Notes: generated from the sequence alone by a model not told the origin. A stretch of 64,000 nucleotides of DNA from Octopus vulgaris (GCA_951406725.2 OX597828.1:60822001-60886000); one strand, 5' to 3'; counted from the first letter of the stretch, positions 39,583-52,465 are shown. Numbers and translations are program-made.

Positions 39583-39931
39583 ATATATATATGTGTATGT
39601 ATGTATGTGTGTGTAGATACGTATACATGTGTGTATAGGTATAAGTGAGAATCTCCTTATTTACCTATAACTTTTTATATATATATATTTTTATATATAT
39701 ATTTTATATATATATTTTTTTATATATATTTTTTATATTTTTTATTTTTTTATTTTTTTATTTTTTTATTTTTTATTTTTTTATTTTTTTATTTATCTAT
39801 TCTTTCATCTAACTTACCACTGACTCCTTGACCACTCCCCAAGTATGATATATACTACCCCCAAAAAGTCCCCACCACCACTCCTTTAAACCTGCCTAAA
39901 TGTATAAATGCTAATACAATTCTTGTTAAAT

Positions 39932-39981
39932 AGCTTCCTGAAGATTTCTCTTGAATGAACAGTACTAGTCCTGTAGAAGCT
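39932..39981 (+). ncRNA. Hammerhead motif, right arm (one A of GAAA missing)
   Basis: agcttc|CTGAAGA|tttctcttgaat|GAA|cagtactagtcctg|TA|gaagct. Confidence 0.5.
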
Positions 39982-39992
39982 CCTTCTATATA

Positions 39993-40057
<65 letters not shown>

Positions 40058-40120
40058 ATGATAAAGATAAACATAAATACGGCCGGTCTATGGGGTTACC
40101 ATGAGCTTCACGCCCATAAA

Positions 40121-40810
40121 GCGCTTAGATTTACAGCGTTTCTTCCGACCCTAGGCCTATGGCGTTTGTAGCACGCGGATTCTTTAGAAAATGGAGGAAA
40201 AGATTTCGTTGTTATATTCCAACAACAAGGGATTGTCCCCCTTTGATCGCCATTCGTAATTGACCCTGTTAGCATGTGGATCCTAGGACGCCAGCAGTAA
40301 TTTCCTGAAGAGCAAGCAGGGTCCGACGACTTCCGTCCTGGAGCTAAGGACGTTTCTCGGGTCGGTGGAGTCCTTTAATATGCACAGTTTACAATACTTG
40401 GTCCCATTTATGTAGGGGACTGGATTTTCTAGGATCTTTCCTGATGCTACGTGTGGAGTCCCGCCGTCTTTCAGCCGCCATACATGGCTGGCTAAGGACG
40501 TAGCGTATCTCCTTTCCGAAATTCTGAAAGGGCATTTGTGGTTGGAAGAGGTGCTGCTTGAACGTATACAGGAACATCCGATGTATCTTCGTGTGCGGAT
40601 GTTGTCGATATTGCTTTTGTTGATGTTGACGCTGCCGCTACTGTTCTTATTGGTGTTAGTGTTGGCATCATTAAAGCTAGTGTTGGTGTTGGTGCTGGCG
40701 CCGGTGCCTTTAATACTGGCGTAGGGGATATCATCGGTGGTGGCTCTCCATACGTAATATCATGGAAAATCCTAGAAAATACAGGCCTCTACATAAATGG
40801 GACCAAGCAT
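40121..40810 (-). mobile_element. Fragment probably from the 5' region of a PLE, with a 48-bp inverted repeat (40394-40441 / 40763-40810)
   Basis: 40292-40345 resembles 16492-16548 (cctgaag.g.aagcagg.tcc.a.gacttccgtcct); Thr/Pro/Ala-rich minus-strand frame. Confidence 0.45.
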
Positions 40811-40958
40811 CAGTGTTAAGAAAAAGTTGATCCTTCTCAGTGAATCATAAATCTAAGGAGTTTCTTTAGTATTTTAACATGAACATATTCTGTCCTTGGT
40901 CTTTAAACAATAATATCGCAATAACGAAAGTGTTTTCCTGGTGACACGTGCTTTTATA

Positions 40959-42249
40959 CGAGGGACGTTCAATAAGTAATGCCCCTGACCCACTTACAGT
41001 TGTTTGATCTGAAATTTTGCATGTGCAATTATTTATATCTCTATAGATTGAGTGGCAAATTACAGCTCTGAACTAATTGTGGTTTCTGATTTACAGGTGT
41101 TTGAACTGAGTCGAGTGTGAAATGGAGCCTGTTTAGTGTCGAGCAGTGATCCGGTTTTTGTATTTGAAAGGACGCACACCACGTGAGACTTTTGATGAAA
41201 TGAAAGTAACTTATGGTGATGATGCCCCATCATATGACCTTGTAAAACGCTGGCATCGTGAATTCAAACATGGTCGGAACACTGTGGAAACAGCTTCCAG
41301 ATCTGGTCGCCCCCACCTTCTGCCATTGATGAGGCATCTGTCCGTCAAGTTGAGGCTGCCATTTTGGAAGATCGACGCATAACTATTCGCCAAATAGCCC
41401 ATGAGGTCAAGATTAGTACCGGGTCTGTGGAAACTATCATTCATGACCATTTGCATATGCAAAAGGTGTCTGCCAGATGGATTCCCAGGTTGCTCACACC
41501 TTTCCAGAAGCAAGAACGCGTCGAGTGCTCGAGGGTTAATTTGGAGATGTGCCAAGAAGATGAGTCAAAATTTTTCAAAAGACTGATTACACAGGATGAA
41601 ACCTGGGTCCATCACGATGATCCAGAGACCAAAGCCCAGTCAATGTAGTGGAAGCACCGTGATTCACCTCCTCCAAAGAAGGCAAGGGTGCAGCCCTCCG
41701 CTAGCAAGGTCATGCTCACAGTCTTCTGGGACCAGGACGGAGTAGTGATGACAGATTTCCCGGCAAAGGGTACCACAATTACAGAAGCTTATTATGCTTC
41801 ACTTTTGAGGAAATTAAGAGAAGCTATCAAAATCAAGAGGCGGGGCAAGATCAGCAAAGGCATCCTCCTCCAGCAGGACAATACTCCGGTCCACAACTCG
41901 CGTGTCGCCAGATCAGAAGCATAGGCGTGCGGTTATGAACTCCTGCCCCATCCCCCCTACTCTCCTGACCTTGCACGCTCTGATTTTCACCTCTTCACAG
42001 CCATGAAGTTGTTTTTGAAAGGAAAGCATTTCCCAGATGATGCAGCGTTGATTTCTGAAGTCACGTCGTGGTTGGATGACCAAGCTGGGGTCTTCTACAA
42101 AAACGGTCTCCAGAGCTGTATCAAACGATGGGAGAAATGTGTAACTCTGGGTGGTTCCTATGTAGAAAAAGACTAATAACGGTGCCAAGTTTCGTTGCTC
42201 TACTTCTATGGGAAGTGGGTCAGGGGCATTACTTATTGAACGCCCCTCG
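40959..42249 (+). mobile_element. Full-length mariner (DD34D) transposon, 1291 bp, TA target duplication, inactivated transposase
   Basis: TA|CGAGGGACGTTCAATAAGTAATGCCCCTGACCCACTT ... AAGTGGGTCAGGGGCATTACTTATTGAACGCCCCTCG|TA; WIPRLL, ITQDETW, QDNTPVH, HPPYSPDLARSD; frameshift ~41320, stops ~41646 and ~41922. Confidence 0.95.
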
Positions 42250-42879
42250 TACTACAAGTAAAATTTTGGTTGATCATTTGTTAAGTATGTCTCATTGTAA
42301 GTTTCATTCTCTTTCTTCTCACAAGCATATAAGGTAAGATGAATTTATTTTAACTTTAACGCATTCCAAGCAAGTATCTAATTGAAAATTCTTCGAAGTT
42401 AAATATTTCAGTTCTGTTTATCACACAACTACAGTGACTTTCTCTTTCTTCTGTCTCCGTAAACATCACAGCCTTTATATGAATTTCCTCTCTCCCTGAA
42501 TACTCTTAAAGTTAAATAGTTCAATTCATTTTAGCAGATAACGATATCCCCTTTCCTTCTCTCACCTTTTTGTTACAGACTTTCTTTTTTTTCCACGGCA
42601 CACTTTATGGGTCTCTTGAATTATGTATCTCTCTTATGTTCGTAAACAGTCTTACTCTTTCTCTCTCACTTCTCTTTTATAGAGCTCTATAAATTTGTTA
42701 CAAACCTACAATATAGATCTTATCCACAACGTGAAGATACGAACGACAATCTTCTCAGGCCACAAAATGGTAGAACTGATGATGTGTGGTCCAAAACCAA
42801 TTTCATGATATATTACACACAGACAGCATTCAAACTCTTACCGGTCTGAAATTCTACAAGTTTGACTGAAAGTCAATTT

Positions 42880-44215
42880 AAAGAGGGATTATCTAGCAAA
42901 ATTGGTTTAAAAGTCTCTCTATGCAAGACATTGATATGAAGCTTAATGAAGTTACGTCAATAATGTGAGCCATATGCATTGAATTTGTCTCAGGGATGAG
43001 AGCAACCACAGATCATTCCCCGTGACAGGAGAGTCCTCGTGAGATCTCTAAACGCTTAAATAGACAACCGAATGACAGCGGATAATCCCTCCTCAAAGAG
43101 AAACTTCAAGTGATCGAAAATAAACTCTCCTATGAAGGCGAAAAGGTAGAAAGAGAAACCAGGGCAGAGGAAAATATATAAAAATAAATCCCAAAGCCTT
43201 CTATGATTCCAGAGTATCTTCACTTAAGAAACATGTAAATAAGCGAGCCTAAAGAGCTTTCCAACACTGCAGACCTACATAGAAAAAAGGGCAGCCATTG
43301 ATTATATTGCTATAAAAAAAGAAGATGTAATATCAAACACTGCTACGAGCCCGGATGGATTTCCTGTCATTCTCCTAAAAACATGCCAGAAAGCTCTTGC
43401 AAAATCACTGCAGATACTTTTCAGAATTTCCTTGCATGTGGAAAACTTCCCAAACTGTTAAAAGAGGATATCCATAAAGCATATGCCAGAATAATTACAG
43501 CTCTATCTCTTTGACTTCACATGTTAGCAAGTTCATGGAACACATTGTCAGAAGGAGACTGGTCACGTTTCTGGAAGAGAATAACTTGCTCACAAACACA
43601 TGACATGGATTCGTCCAAGGAGGGGCGGCCTCACACAGCTACTACAACATTACGATGGGGTACTGAAATAGCAGCTCAACTACTCAAATGTGGACGTGAT
43701 GTATCTCGACTTTGCCAAGGCCTTTGACAAAGTTGATCACGGGATGATAAGTCACAAACTACAAAAACTTGGTACCACTGGAAAACTGGGATAGAGGCTG
43801 CACTACTTTTTAAAGGATAGAAGTTAGGTAGTTATAACCGACGTCTTTGAGGAGACGTCAATCTATAGCGGAGTTCCTCAGAGAACTGTATTGGGACTAT
43901 TACTGTCTGTAGTGACTCTCTTTGACATGCCGTCATTCGTACAGTCAGCCATTATCACCAGCAACGCCGATGATACAAAGGTATCTCAGGCGGTCAAGAA
44001 CTCTGAGGACGTAGTAAAACTGCAAAATGACCTGCATGCAAATTATAAATGGGCTGATGAAAATAACATGCAGCTCAATGCTGATAAGTTTCGAGCACTC
44101 CCTTATCGGCCCACAAACATAGGACCAGGGGGTAGTGCAATCTGCAGTGGAGTTCCCCTGGGAACTGTACTGGGACTATAACTATTTATAGTGGCTCTCT
44201 CAGACATGCCGTCTG
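42880..44215 (+). mobile_element. Degenerate CR1-clade LINE RT fragment
   Basis: PDGFPVILLK, NYSSISLTS, YLDFAKAFDKVDH, SGVPQ, ADDTK; the SGVP block is duplicated at ~44139-44212. Confidence 0.78.
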
Positions 44216-44571
44216 AGATCGCGTGATCATACTTTCGATTCCTGGGCCGAGCGGTGTGTTTACTTCATAATCAAAACCCTTCATTTTACGTTGTTCTGTG
44301 ATAATCTCAGCGTCTGACCCGTGGCGCACTTGTGCATTTGTACAAGCGATGTCGATTTTATGGATTGAGTGAGCTTATGTGAACACAAACATTTGATCAC
44401 TTTAATCAAAACATCTGTGTGGTTGTTCAGCAAGAAATTACGGAACCCTCATCTATCGTTTAACGACGGCAGAATTCATGAGAGAGAGAGAGAGAGAAGG
44501 AGAGAGAGAGAGAGAGAGAGAGAGATAGGGAGAGAGAGGGGGAGAGAGAGGGAGAGAGGGAGAGAGAGAGA

Positions 44572-44619
<48 letters not shown>

Positions 44620-45202
44620 TGGTCTAAAACTCATATATATGTATACGTTTAAATATATTTATAACATAAGGGAATAGGGATCTTGAAGCCGGACAGATAC
44701 CTTGCAAATACTGTAGCATAATCTAGGTTCTGGCTAACCACATCGAATGATATGGAACAACGGGAAATTGTTTAAAGTAAACACTTAGTCTGTATTTCAT
44801 TCGATGGTTAAATCCTGAGTTCACTTCTTTGGTTTTTATACAGTATGCAGAGTCTCTATTCAAGATATTAAAAATAAGAATGGAGAATTATATATTCGCA
44901 AAAAATTGTTTCTTACCGTATTATATAGAATACATTTTAAATCTCTGTTCGACACGTGTTTCTACTGCTTAGACATCCGAAGATTTGGCACTTAGTTACC
45001 TCCTGTTGGTTTAATTGCATTATAAGTTCATTAAGGGTATACGTACCTATGCAACTTAATTCAATGTATTACCACTACGGGTTTTTGAAGCAAACTCAGT
45101 GCTTGAGCGTGTTATTCTATGTATAATTTAGGAGGGGAAGATATTTGTAGTTAGTGTAGAAGATAGCAGAGTTTCTTTTCAAATCTTTGATATATATATA
45201 CA

Positions 45203-45275
<73 letters not shown>

Positions 45276-45425
45276 GCACACACACATACACAGAGACACA
45301 CACACACACACACATGTATATATATACTTTACATACATATATATTCTTTCAAAATGTAACCACGTGAATCGTTGGCGATTTTTTCCCTCCGTCTTCCTTT
45401 TCTATTGGACTTACCTCTGTCTCTT

Positions 45426-45460
45426 GTTTCCGAAGAAGAGCTTTGCTCGAAACATAAAAC
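45426..45460 (+). ncRNA. Minimal hammerhead-like motif (CCGAAGA core), same family as 14231-14265
   Basis: gttt|CCGAAGA|a|gagc-ttt-gctc|GAAA|ca|TA|aaac. Confidence 0.5.
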
Positions 45461-46036
45461 CACCTTTCTTTCCTTCCTTGATAAACAACATTTTTCGTCT
45501 CTTCATTTGGGGGCCAGGACAATTTTTTTCTGTCTAACCTCTTTCTGTCTGTCTGTCTCTCCTTCTGTTGATTGTTTTCAACTATCACCATCACAACCAC
45601 CATCGCCACCACAACTGCCATACACACACCATTCAGACTTTTGATGCCACCACTATCATCACCTTTGACTTCGCAGCCTCCCCTCCACCCCATCACCACT
45701 GTCTTTCACGTCCCTTACTATCATCTTCATGCTTGACCGCCTCAGCTACCACCACCACCACCACCACCACCACCACCACCACCATCACCACTAACACCAC
45801 CACCACCACCACCACCACCAACACCATCATCATCATCGTCAACGTCGCCTCCGCCTCTATCACAACTACAATTCATACTATTACTGTCACCCCATATTAA
45901 TCTCACCCTAGCAAGAGGAGTAGAAATATCATTGAATTGTGAGAGGGGAGGGGGTCAAAGTGTGACACACCGACACGAAGAAATTCGTTTTGGCATTTAT
46001 TATTAGTATAGATATGTGTGTGTGTGTGTGTGTGTA

Positions 46037-47294
46037 TAGGGTGCGGTGTGTAAATGGTCACTATATTATATTTTTAATTTCGCGCATGCACATTGTTTGT
46101 TTTTGATTTTGTCGACTATACGGTATAGTAGGGTCCGTTGGACACTGTCTGTGAGAAAAACAGTACCATGACACAATTCACTTTGCGATAAATTTGCAAA
46201 TGACCATGCTGTACTGCTTGGCATTCATGCTGGAAGCTCCAATATGAACATTTCAGAGTGTTTGGGTGTCAATCTGAGGACAGTGCAGAGGATTTGGAAA
46301 GAGTTGGATGAGTCTGATGGTGATTACAAGGTATGGCAGCTCAGAAAACTCACTCTGATCATTCTGATAAGAAAAGAACTTCTGAATTTGTTGGTGAGAT
46401 CCAGGCCATGACTGACAATGATCCCTCCAAGTCAATCAGGTCTATTGCCAGGGTCATGGGAGAGTCTGAATTACTCATCAGGCAGGTAGTGTTTGAAGAC
46501 ATTTGGTATTCCTCATACAAGATGTGAATGGGCCAATTTTTATCCAAAGCCATCAAGGACAAGAGGAAAGATCACACTACAAAGCTTTTGAACAAACTTA
46601 AACATCCCTTCCAACCGAACATGCTTTGGTTTTTCTCAGACGAGTAAAATTTCTGCCAGGGCCAGATAGTGAACATACAGAACCACCGTTGGCTTGCCGT
46701 GTCGCCAAAACATTGTACTGAGTGTGATGAAAATCAAACATCCAGTCAACATCATGGTGTTTGGATTGATCGCTAGTGATAGTAACGTTATGCCTCCATT
46801 CATCTTTTCACATGGCCCCAGACTCAACACGGAGGCCTACAGCAAGTGTCTGGGGAAGGTAGTGCAGACCCTAAGTCTGGCAACAGGACTCTGCACAATG
46901 TCATACAAATAGGAGAACCCAGTCATGGCTGTCAGAAAATTTCTGCGACCACATCATTCCTAACATCTGGTCACCTAACTCCCCAGACTGCAACTCTCTT
47001 GGCTATTATGTGTGGGGCGCAGTTGAGCGAGAGACCAACACAACTTCTTGTAACACCAAAGATGGACTGATGGCAAGGAATATGGCAGTATTCACGAACT
47101 TAAAGAAGGAGACCGTCCAGAAGAGTTGCAGGAGATACCGAAGTCGTCTGAAGGCCATGGTGGAAGCCAATGGCGATTTTATTGAATAAATTTACTCGCT
47201 AGTATGTTTATGTAATTTTTAAATGTTAAAATGAGATGTGAGTGTTATTTTCATTTTTGTGTAATTTAGATGAAAGTTTATTCACCGAACCATG
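46037..47294 (+). mobile_element. Degenerate Tc1/mariner-superfamily element (probably DD37D/maT-like)
   Basis: Ends ..agggtgcggtgtgtaaat / tttattcaccgaaccatg; FFSDE, IMVFGLI, WSPNSPDCNSL.YYVWG. Confidence 0.7.
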
Positions 47295-47301
47295 TGTATA
47301 T

Positions 47302-47642
47302 AGGTGCAGGCGTGGCTGTGTGGTTAGAAGTTTGCTTCCAACCACATATTCCGGGTTGAGATCCACTACGTGGCACCTTGGGTTGGCATCTTCTACTTTA
47401 GCCTCGGGCCGACGGAAGCCTTGTGAGTGGATGATTTGGTAGACAGAAACTGAAAGAAACCTGTCGTAAATGTGTGTGTTTGTGGTTGTCTCCCACCACT
47501 GCTTGGCAACCGATATTGTGTTTGCGTTCCCGCAAAGAAAGGGGACGGTAGAATAAGTACTAGGCTTTAAAAACAATAGAAATATTCATCAAAGCGGTAC
47601 CTCCAAATTGCTGCAGCCTAATGATTGAAACAAGATAAAAGA
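47302..47642 (+). mobile_element. OR-type SINE
   Basis: aggtgcaggcgtggctgtgtggttagaag head through the ..tgaaacaagataaaaga tail. Confidence 0.78.
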
Positions 47643-47662
47643 TATATAAATGATATAAATAT

Positions 47663-47712
<50 letters not shown>

Positions 47713-47715
<3 letters not shown>

Positions 47716-47931
47716 ACAAAAAAAGACGTCAACAAGAAACTATGACATTACAGCCAGCCAGGAACAGTCTTCGCTACATTTGCGGTACCTGCCAGAGGGA
47801 GTGTTTGTCCAGGATAGGACTACACAGCCACAGCAGGAAATGTATCAGGACATGAAATGTAAAAGCTGGACTGGACTATTTTATGCGCAACTCCATTGTC
47901 TCCTGAGACAAAAAGAATGCCAACAACAACA
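47713..47931 (+). mobile_element. RTE 3'-end fragment, same family as 29159-31802
   Basis: Matches the reverse complement of ~29160-29360; (CAA)n tail. Confidence 0.82.
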
Positions 47932-48905
47932 GTCATCCCATAAGTTCTGTCCGAATTTTGAATAAAGAAAACAAGTGATCAAATGTTATATTTAATTGAT
48001 GTTTAATCATCAATGTAATTTCCCTGATTATCTATGACTTTCTTCCATCTATTTAAGCTTTTTAATCCCATCAATGTAAAACTCTTTTGTCAGTTTCGAC
48101 TTACTCCTGGCTTGCGAAAGTTATGTCCCCTAAATGATTCTCTTAACTACGAAACAAATGGTAGTCTGAAGGAACAAGATCGGAAGAATAAGGTGGAGGA
48201 AAAATTTTTACCAACTAAGCTCTTCTATCTTCTGTGATCTGATCCTTGCAGTGTGGGGTCGCACATTGTCCTGATAAAACATCACTCCTTTTCGATTCAC
48301 AAAAGCGGGTCTTTTTTACTTCAAAGCTTGGTTGAAACGCTCTAATTGCTGACACTAGACTTGAGCATTGATTGTTGCATTAGATGGTAACAATTCAAAG
48401 TGAATTACTCCTTTGCAATCCCACCAGATAGAGAGAAAAACCTTTTTCCCATGAAGTTCCCTTCTCGGTTGTGGTTGAGCTTTTCCCCTTTTATTAAGCC
48501 ACTATTTACGACGTTTAACATTTCGATAGAAGATCCATTTTTCGTCACCAGTCACAAGTCTATCCTAAAAGGGTGAAGTGAGTTCGCAAGAATGGAGAGA
48601 AGAGCAGATGTCAACTCGGGATTTGCGGTTGCTTTCGGACAATTCATGAGGCACTCATTTTCCAAGTTTAGGAACCTTTCCAAGTTGTTGAAGATGACGA
48701 TAAACAGTTGTATGGTTTGAACTATGTTTTATTGCCAATTCTTCAACTGATAATGCAGGATTTTCTTCAATGCTTCAAGGAACTTATCATCAAACTCAAC
48801 TGGACGTCCTGTTTGATCTTCATCTTGAAGGCTGAAATCTTCACTTCTGAATTTTGCAAACCATCTTCTGCAAGTTCTTTCATTTTGGGATTCTTCTCAT
48901 AAACC
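47932..48905 (-). mobile_element. Degenerate mariner fragment
   Basis: Minus strand has VPHELSE, LVTGDEKW and FYQDN-like motifs; TIR-like cagtcatcccataagttctgtcc. Confidence 0.7.
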
Positions 48906-49484
48906 TTGTTCTTTACAACACCCCTCCCCAAAAGAAATCTATTGGTGTCAGATCAGGTGAACGTGGTGGCCATTCGATGCTGCCCCGTCTTCCAAACCAA
49001 CGCTTGGGAAAGGTTTGGTTATGGTTGTCTCTTACTGTCAACGCATAATGTGGAGGTGCTCCATCTTGCTGAAAGAACACTTTAGCTTTGGTTCTGAGTT
49101 GTGGTACGACCACGTAACGCAGCATTTCCAAGTAGTTCTCTCCATTTACAGTTCTATCAAAAGAAACGGTCCGATGACACCTTCTCTTGAGAGCGCACTC
49201 CAAACTATAACGCCAGGCTGGTTCGGTTGAGATTCTATGGTCAAATGGGGATTTTCATCAGCCCAGTACATGCAGTTATGCCTGTTTACATGACCAGATA
49301 ATTTGAAGCAAGCCTCATCTGACCAGATAATTTGAAGCAAGCCTCATCTGACCAGATAATTTGAAGCAAGCCTCATCTGACCAGATAATTTGAAGCAAGC
49401 CTCATCTGACCAGATGATCTTATTCAGATAGTCTGGTTGCTCATTAGCAATTTGGTCTCGCATCATTTCGCAGAATTGCAGCCG
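48906..49484 (-). mobile_element. DD41D (rosa/Visitor-like) transposase fragment
   Basis: IIWSDEACF, NRHNCMYW, FQQDGAPPHY...WPPRSPDLTPID with 41 residues between the two Ds (counted). Confidence 0.8.
49291..49415. repeat. 29-bp tandem repeat, 4.3 copies
   Basis: Identical units tgaccagataatttgaagcaagcctcatc. Confidence 0.95.
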
Positions 49485-49742
49485 TAATCGACTTAATCCG
49501 TTTGTCTGTCTTTGTTTGTCCTCTCTGTGTTTAGCCCCTTGTGAGTAGTAAAGAAATAGGTATTTCGTCTGCTGTTACGTTCTAAGTTCAAATTCCGCCG
49601 AGGTCGACTTTGCCTTTCATCCTTTCGGGGTCGATAAATTAAGTACCAGTTACGCTCTGGGATTGATGTAATCGACTTAACCCCTTTGTCCTTGTTTGTT
49701 TCCTCTATGTTTAGCCCCCTGTGGGCAATAAAGAAATAAAGA
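49485..49742 (+). mobile_element. Tandem OK-type SINE units (tail joined to a headless unit at 49558/49559)
   Basis: ...gtaaagaaata|ggtatttcgtctgctgttacgttc... Confidence 0.82.
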
Positions 49743-51045
49743 TAAAAGTCTTTATTAGATTAAAAGTAACATTATAAAAGCATGAAGGTAAACCAAAACC
49801 AATAGTGGCTTATACACCTGAAAATACGGTAATTGTAGTGGCAGTGACAAGTTCGCTCGCCGGTTGCTAGTTGATAGTGTATAAAGGAGGGAAAAGTAAG
49901 GAATGCACGGTGCGGACTAGAAAGGAAGAAAGGATAAATATGACGAATAGAACAGGGTGGTGACATTTAGTAGAGATGACCCGGAAGTTGTTCCTCTTCG
50001 ATTACTATCGTAAACAGCAGTAGCTTCCTTCAACCGAATACACGTCGTTGATTAGTTGAAATTACCCAAATACGACAACTTTAACACGAAATAACTTCTA
50101 AAATAGGAAACTTCGTCAAAAACGTTCAGGGTAAACCGTGTTCTACCTGATAAATTCTACCAGTATTCTAAGTTTCAAACTGTTTTAGTTAAACAAATGA
50201 ATTAAATAATCTATGATTGAGATGAAATAGATCCAAAAAGTACTGGTGACGTTCAAAATAATCTGTCTTTTGTCAGGCTCAAGTGTTATGATTTCTGTCT
50301 GCATTTAGGTTTGCTTTGAAGAAAGTGTTTCGCAACTTCCTAATGTGCAAGTCGTTGTCACCACTACCCAGATTAGGCCTCGAAACCGGTTTTATATTAT
50401 GATCAGTAAAACCGAAACCGATTTGCCAAAACCGATTTTAAGGCTTGCTGTTCCGGATCTTTTCAATAAAAGATGTTTTATGTAACACATTCTACCAGTA
50501 TACGAAGTTTAAAAGTGTTTAGTTACAAATAACTATTTTTTAAATGTGCCGGTCAAAGTGAAAAGATCCACTGTTTCTATTTTTTTTTTTTTGCGCAAAA
50601 CATTTCTCCATTTTTTCTTTTCAAGAAATATCGTTGAAACTGAACTAACTGAACTATTGTCGGTCGCCTTTAGTTGAGAGTGCTGTCTGTTTCATTGAAA
50701 CATATCGCAACATATCAATTCTCACCTTCTTTCCCTTGAACCTTAGATCAGCACCTTGTCATCTCCTTCGCTAACCCCTGGCTGACTCATTGAATTTGCA
50801 GGTAACTGAGTTTATTCATAGCAAGTCAAGGGGATGCTGTTAGTCTTCAGTCAGGTGATCTTTCCCGTTGAGCATATGTAATAACCAGTTCCAGATTCAT
50901 TTCAAGGAAGTAACACTAAATTTTTTGATAAAAAAAAGTGAAGAGATCGCTACAACAGACGATAGTGATCGCTATAACAGACGATAGTGATAGCCATAAC
51001 AGACGATAGTGATGATGAAGCTGACTTTAGCCAACAAGACATACT

Positions 51046-51193
51046 TTGTCAAACAGATTTGGCTCACGAAAATGCTTGTTTTCCCCCAGCTAAAACCTGA
51101 ATTTAATAAAGTTTTAATTATTTAAAACTTTGTTAAAATCAGGTTTTAGCTGGGGGAAAACAAGCATTTTCGTGAGCCAAATCTGTTTGACAA
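51046..51193. repeat. 148-bp fold-back palindrome inside the hAT coding remnant
   Basis: ttgtcaaacagatttggctcacg... mirrored as ...cgtgagccaaatctgtttgacaa. Confidence 0.92.
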
Positions 51194-51937
51194 TCTGTTT
51201 GTAAGAAAAATTTCAAAACTTTTCCGTAAATCTCCTACAAACAATGAAATTTTGCAAGATTTTGTACGAGCGAACTTTGATAACAGAGAATATACTGGAT
51301 TGCAGAACTCGGTGGAATAACACATTCCATATGATTAAGAGATTTTTGAAATTGAAAAGCTGCATTCCAAATGCTCTACGAGCAGAACTTTCCACAGATG
51401 CCGTCGCTGACGAAGAATGGAAATCTCTCGATTTACTAAATTCTGCATTCAGTAGAAATTATTTTGAAGGCTATTTGCGCTGATGATACGGGTTTACTGA
51501 AAGCGGAATATTCTATAGAATTTTTATTGAATAAACTTAATATCGTCGGCAACCCTTTGACTCTAAATCTTCGGGAAAAACTTATGCATAGATATAATAA
51601 GAGAAGAAATGTCGAAACCTTGACTCTCTTGAGGTATTTACATAACCCAAGGAAATTTAAAGGTGAGTCAATTTCTAGACCTTTTCTATTTTTTAACGAA
51701 ACAACATTTAAGGAAGTATGCTAAACAAACATAGAGGAGATTATTTCCTAAACATGATGCTGAGAACAGAGAATTATACAAAGAAAATGAAATAGGAGGG
51801 AACCTAAAAACAAGTGTTACTGTTGTCCCATCTACTTATGAAGGTAATGGATTCATTCGTGAATACACAAGCGCAATGAAGAAAATGAATGAAGAGCCCA
51901 AGATGGTAACAGATGGATTTGAAATCTCTAAAGAATT

Positions 51938-52179
51938 CGGGTACTATGTAAGAAGAGTGATCCCAGTGCGCGCACTCGCGTACTTGCGCATCCGCGCTAG
52001 CTAGTCGTGACTAGTCGATCCTACAACGACTACCTAGCAAAGTAAATAAAACACAAAATAAATAATTTTTTAAAAGTAAATAAAACACAAAAACACAAAG
52101 TAAGGATCGACTAGTCACGACTAGCTAGCGCGGGCGCGCGAGTGCGCGCACCGGGACCACTCTTCTTAAGTAGTACCCG
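51938..52179. mobile_element. Fold-back MITE (~80-bp GC-rich TIRs, AT-rich centre) nested in the hAT
   Basis: cgggtacta..aagaagagtg..gcgcgcactcgcg..gctagctagtcgtgactagtcgatcct, mirrored at 52104-52179. Confidence 0.8.
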
Positions 52180-52434
52180 CGAAAACCGGTTTTTAACCGG
52201 TTTTGAGAATTATTTATACTTGAACTCGGTTTTGGGAATTATCGGTTTTTTGCGAGCCCTAATCCAGATCAACATGTATTATAGATTATTAGCTTTTCAT
52301 TTTTGCGTGTAATACTTTATTTAAATAGTGAAGTGACCCTATCTTTTATCCCTTTAACACACACACACACACATACGCATACACACACACACACACATAC
52401 ACTCACATATACACATTCACACAAATACCCAGAT

Positions 52435-52465
<31 letters not shown>

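Larger units (their letters stand above)
35683..40120. repeat. ~4.4-kb spacerless palindrome (centre 37950/37951) with a cryptic CA/TA interior and hammerhead-bearing ends
   Basis: Unique blocks are mirrored (35683-35740/40060-40120; 36420-36740/39160-39483; 37770-37870/38030-38130). Mirror ORFs 37587..38300(+) and 37597..38310(-) are nearly identical. Confidence 0.92.
50374..52261 (+). mobile_element. Internally rearranged hAT transposon with an 8-bp TSD
   Basis: Ends taggcctcg / cgagcccta; TSD acccagat (50366-50373) vs atccagat (52262-52269); subterminal aaccg(g/a)ttt repeats; remnant VRKISKLFRKSP..LDCRTRWNNTFHMIKRFLKLK. Confidence 0.8.

Noticed and set aside
44948-45187. Minus-strand hammerhead (TTGAAAA ... 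GAAAcacgtgTC)
   Set aside because: The 3' half is convincing, but helix I does not pair and the 5' core assignment is ambiguous; counted only as partial.
49291-49415. CRISPR-like 29-bp repeats
   Set aside because: The units are contiguous with no spacers, there are no cas genes, and the context is a eukaryotic transposase.
50946-51013. ~21-22-bp tandem repeat (x3) as an independent feature
   Set aside because: It is a small slippage repeat in an acidic low-complexity part of the hAT remnant.
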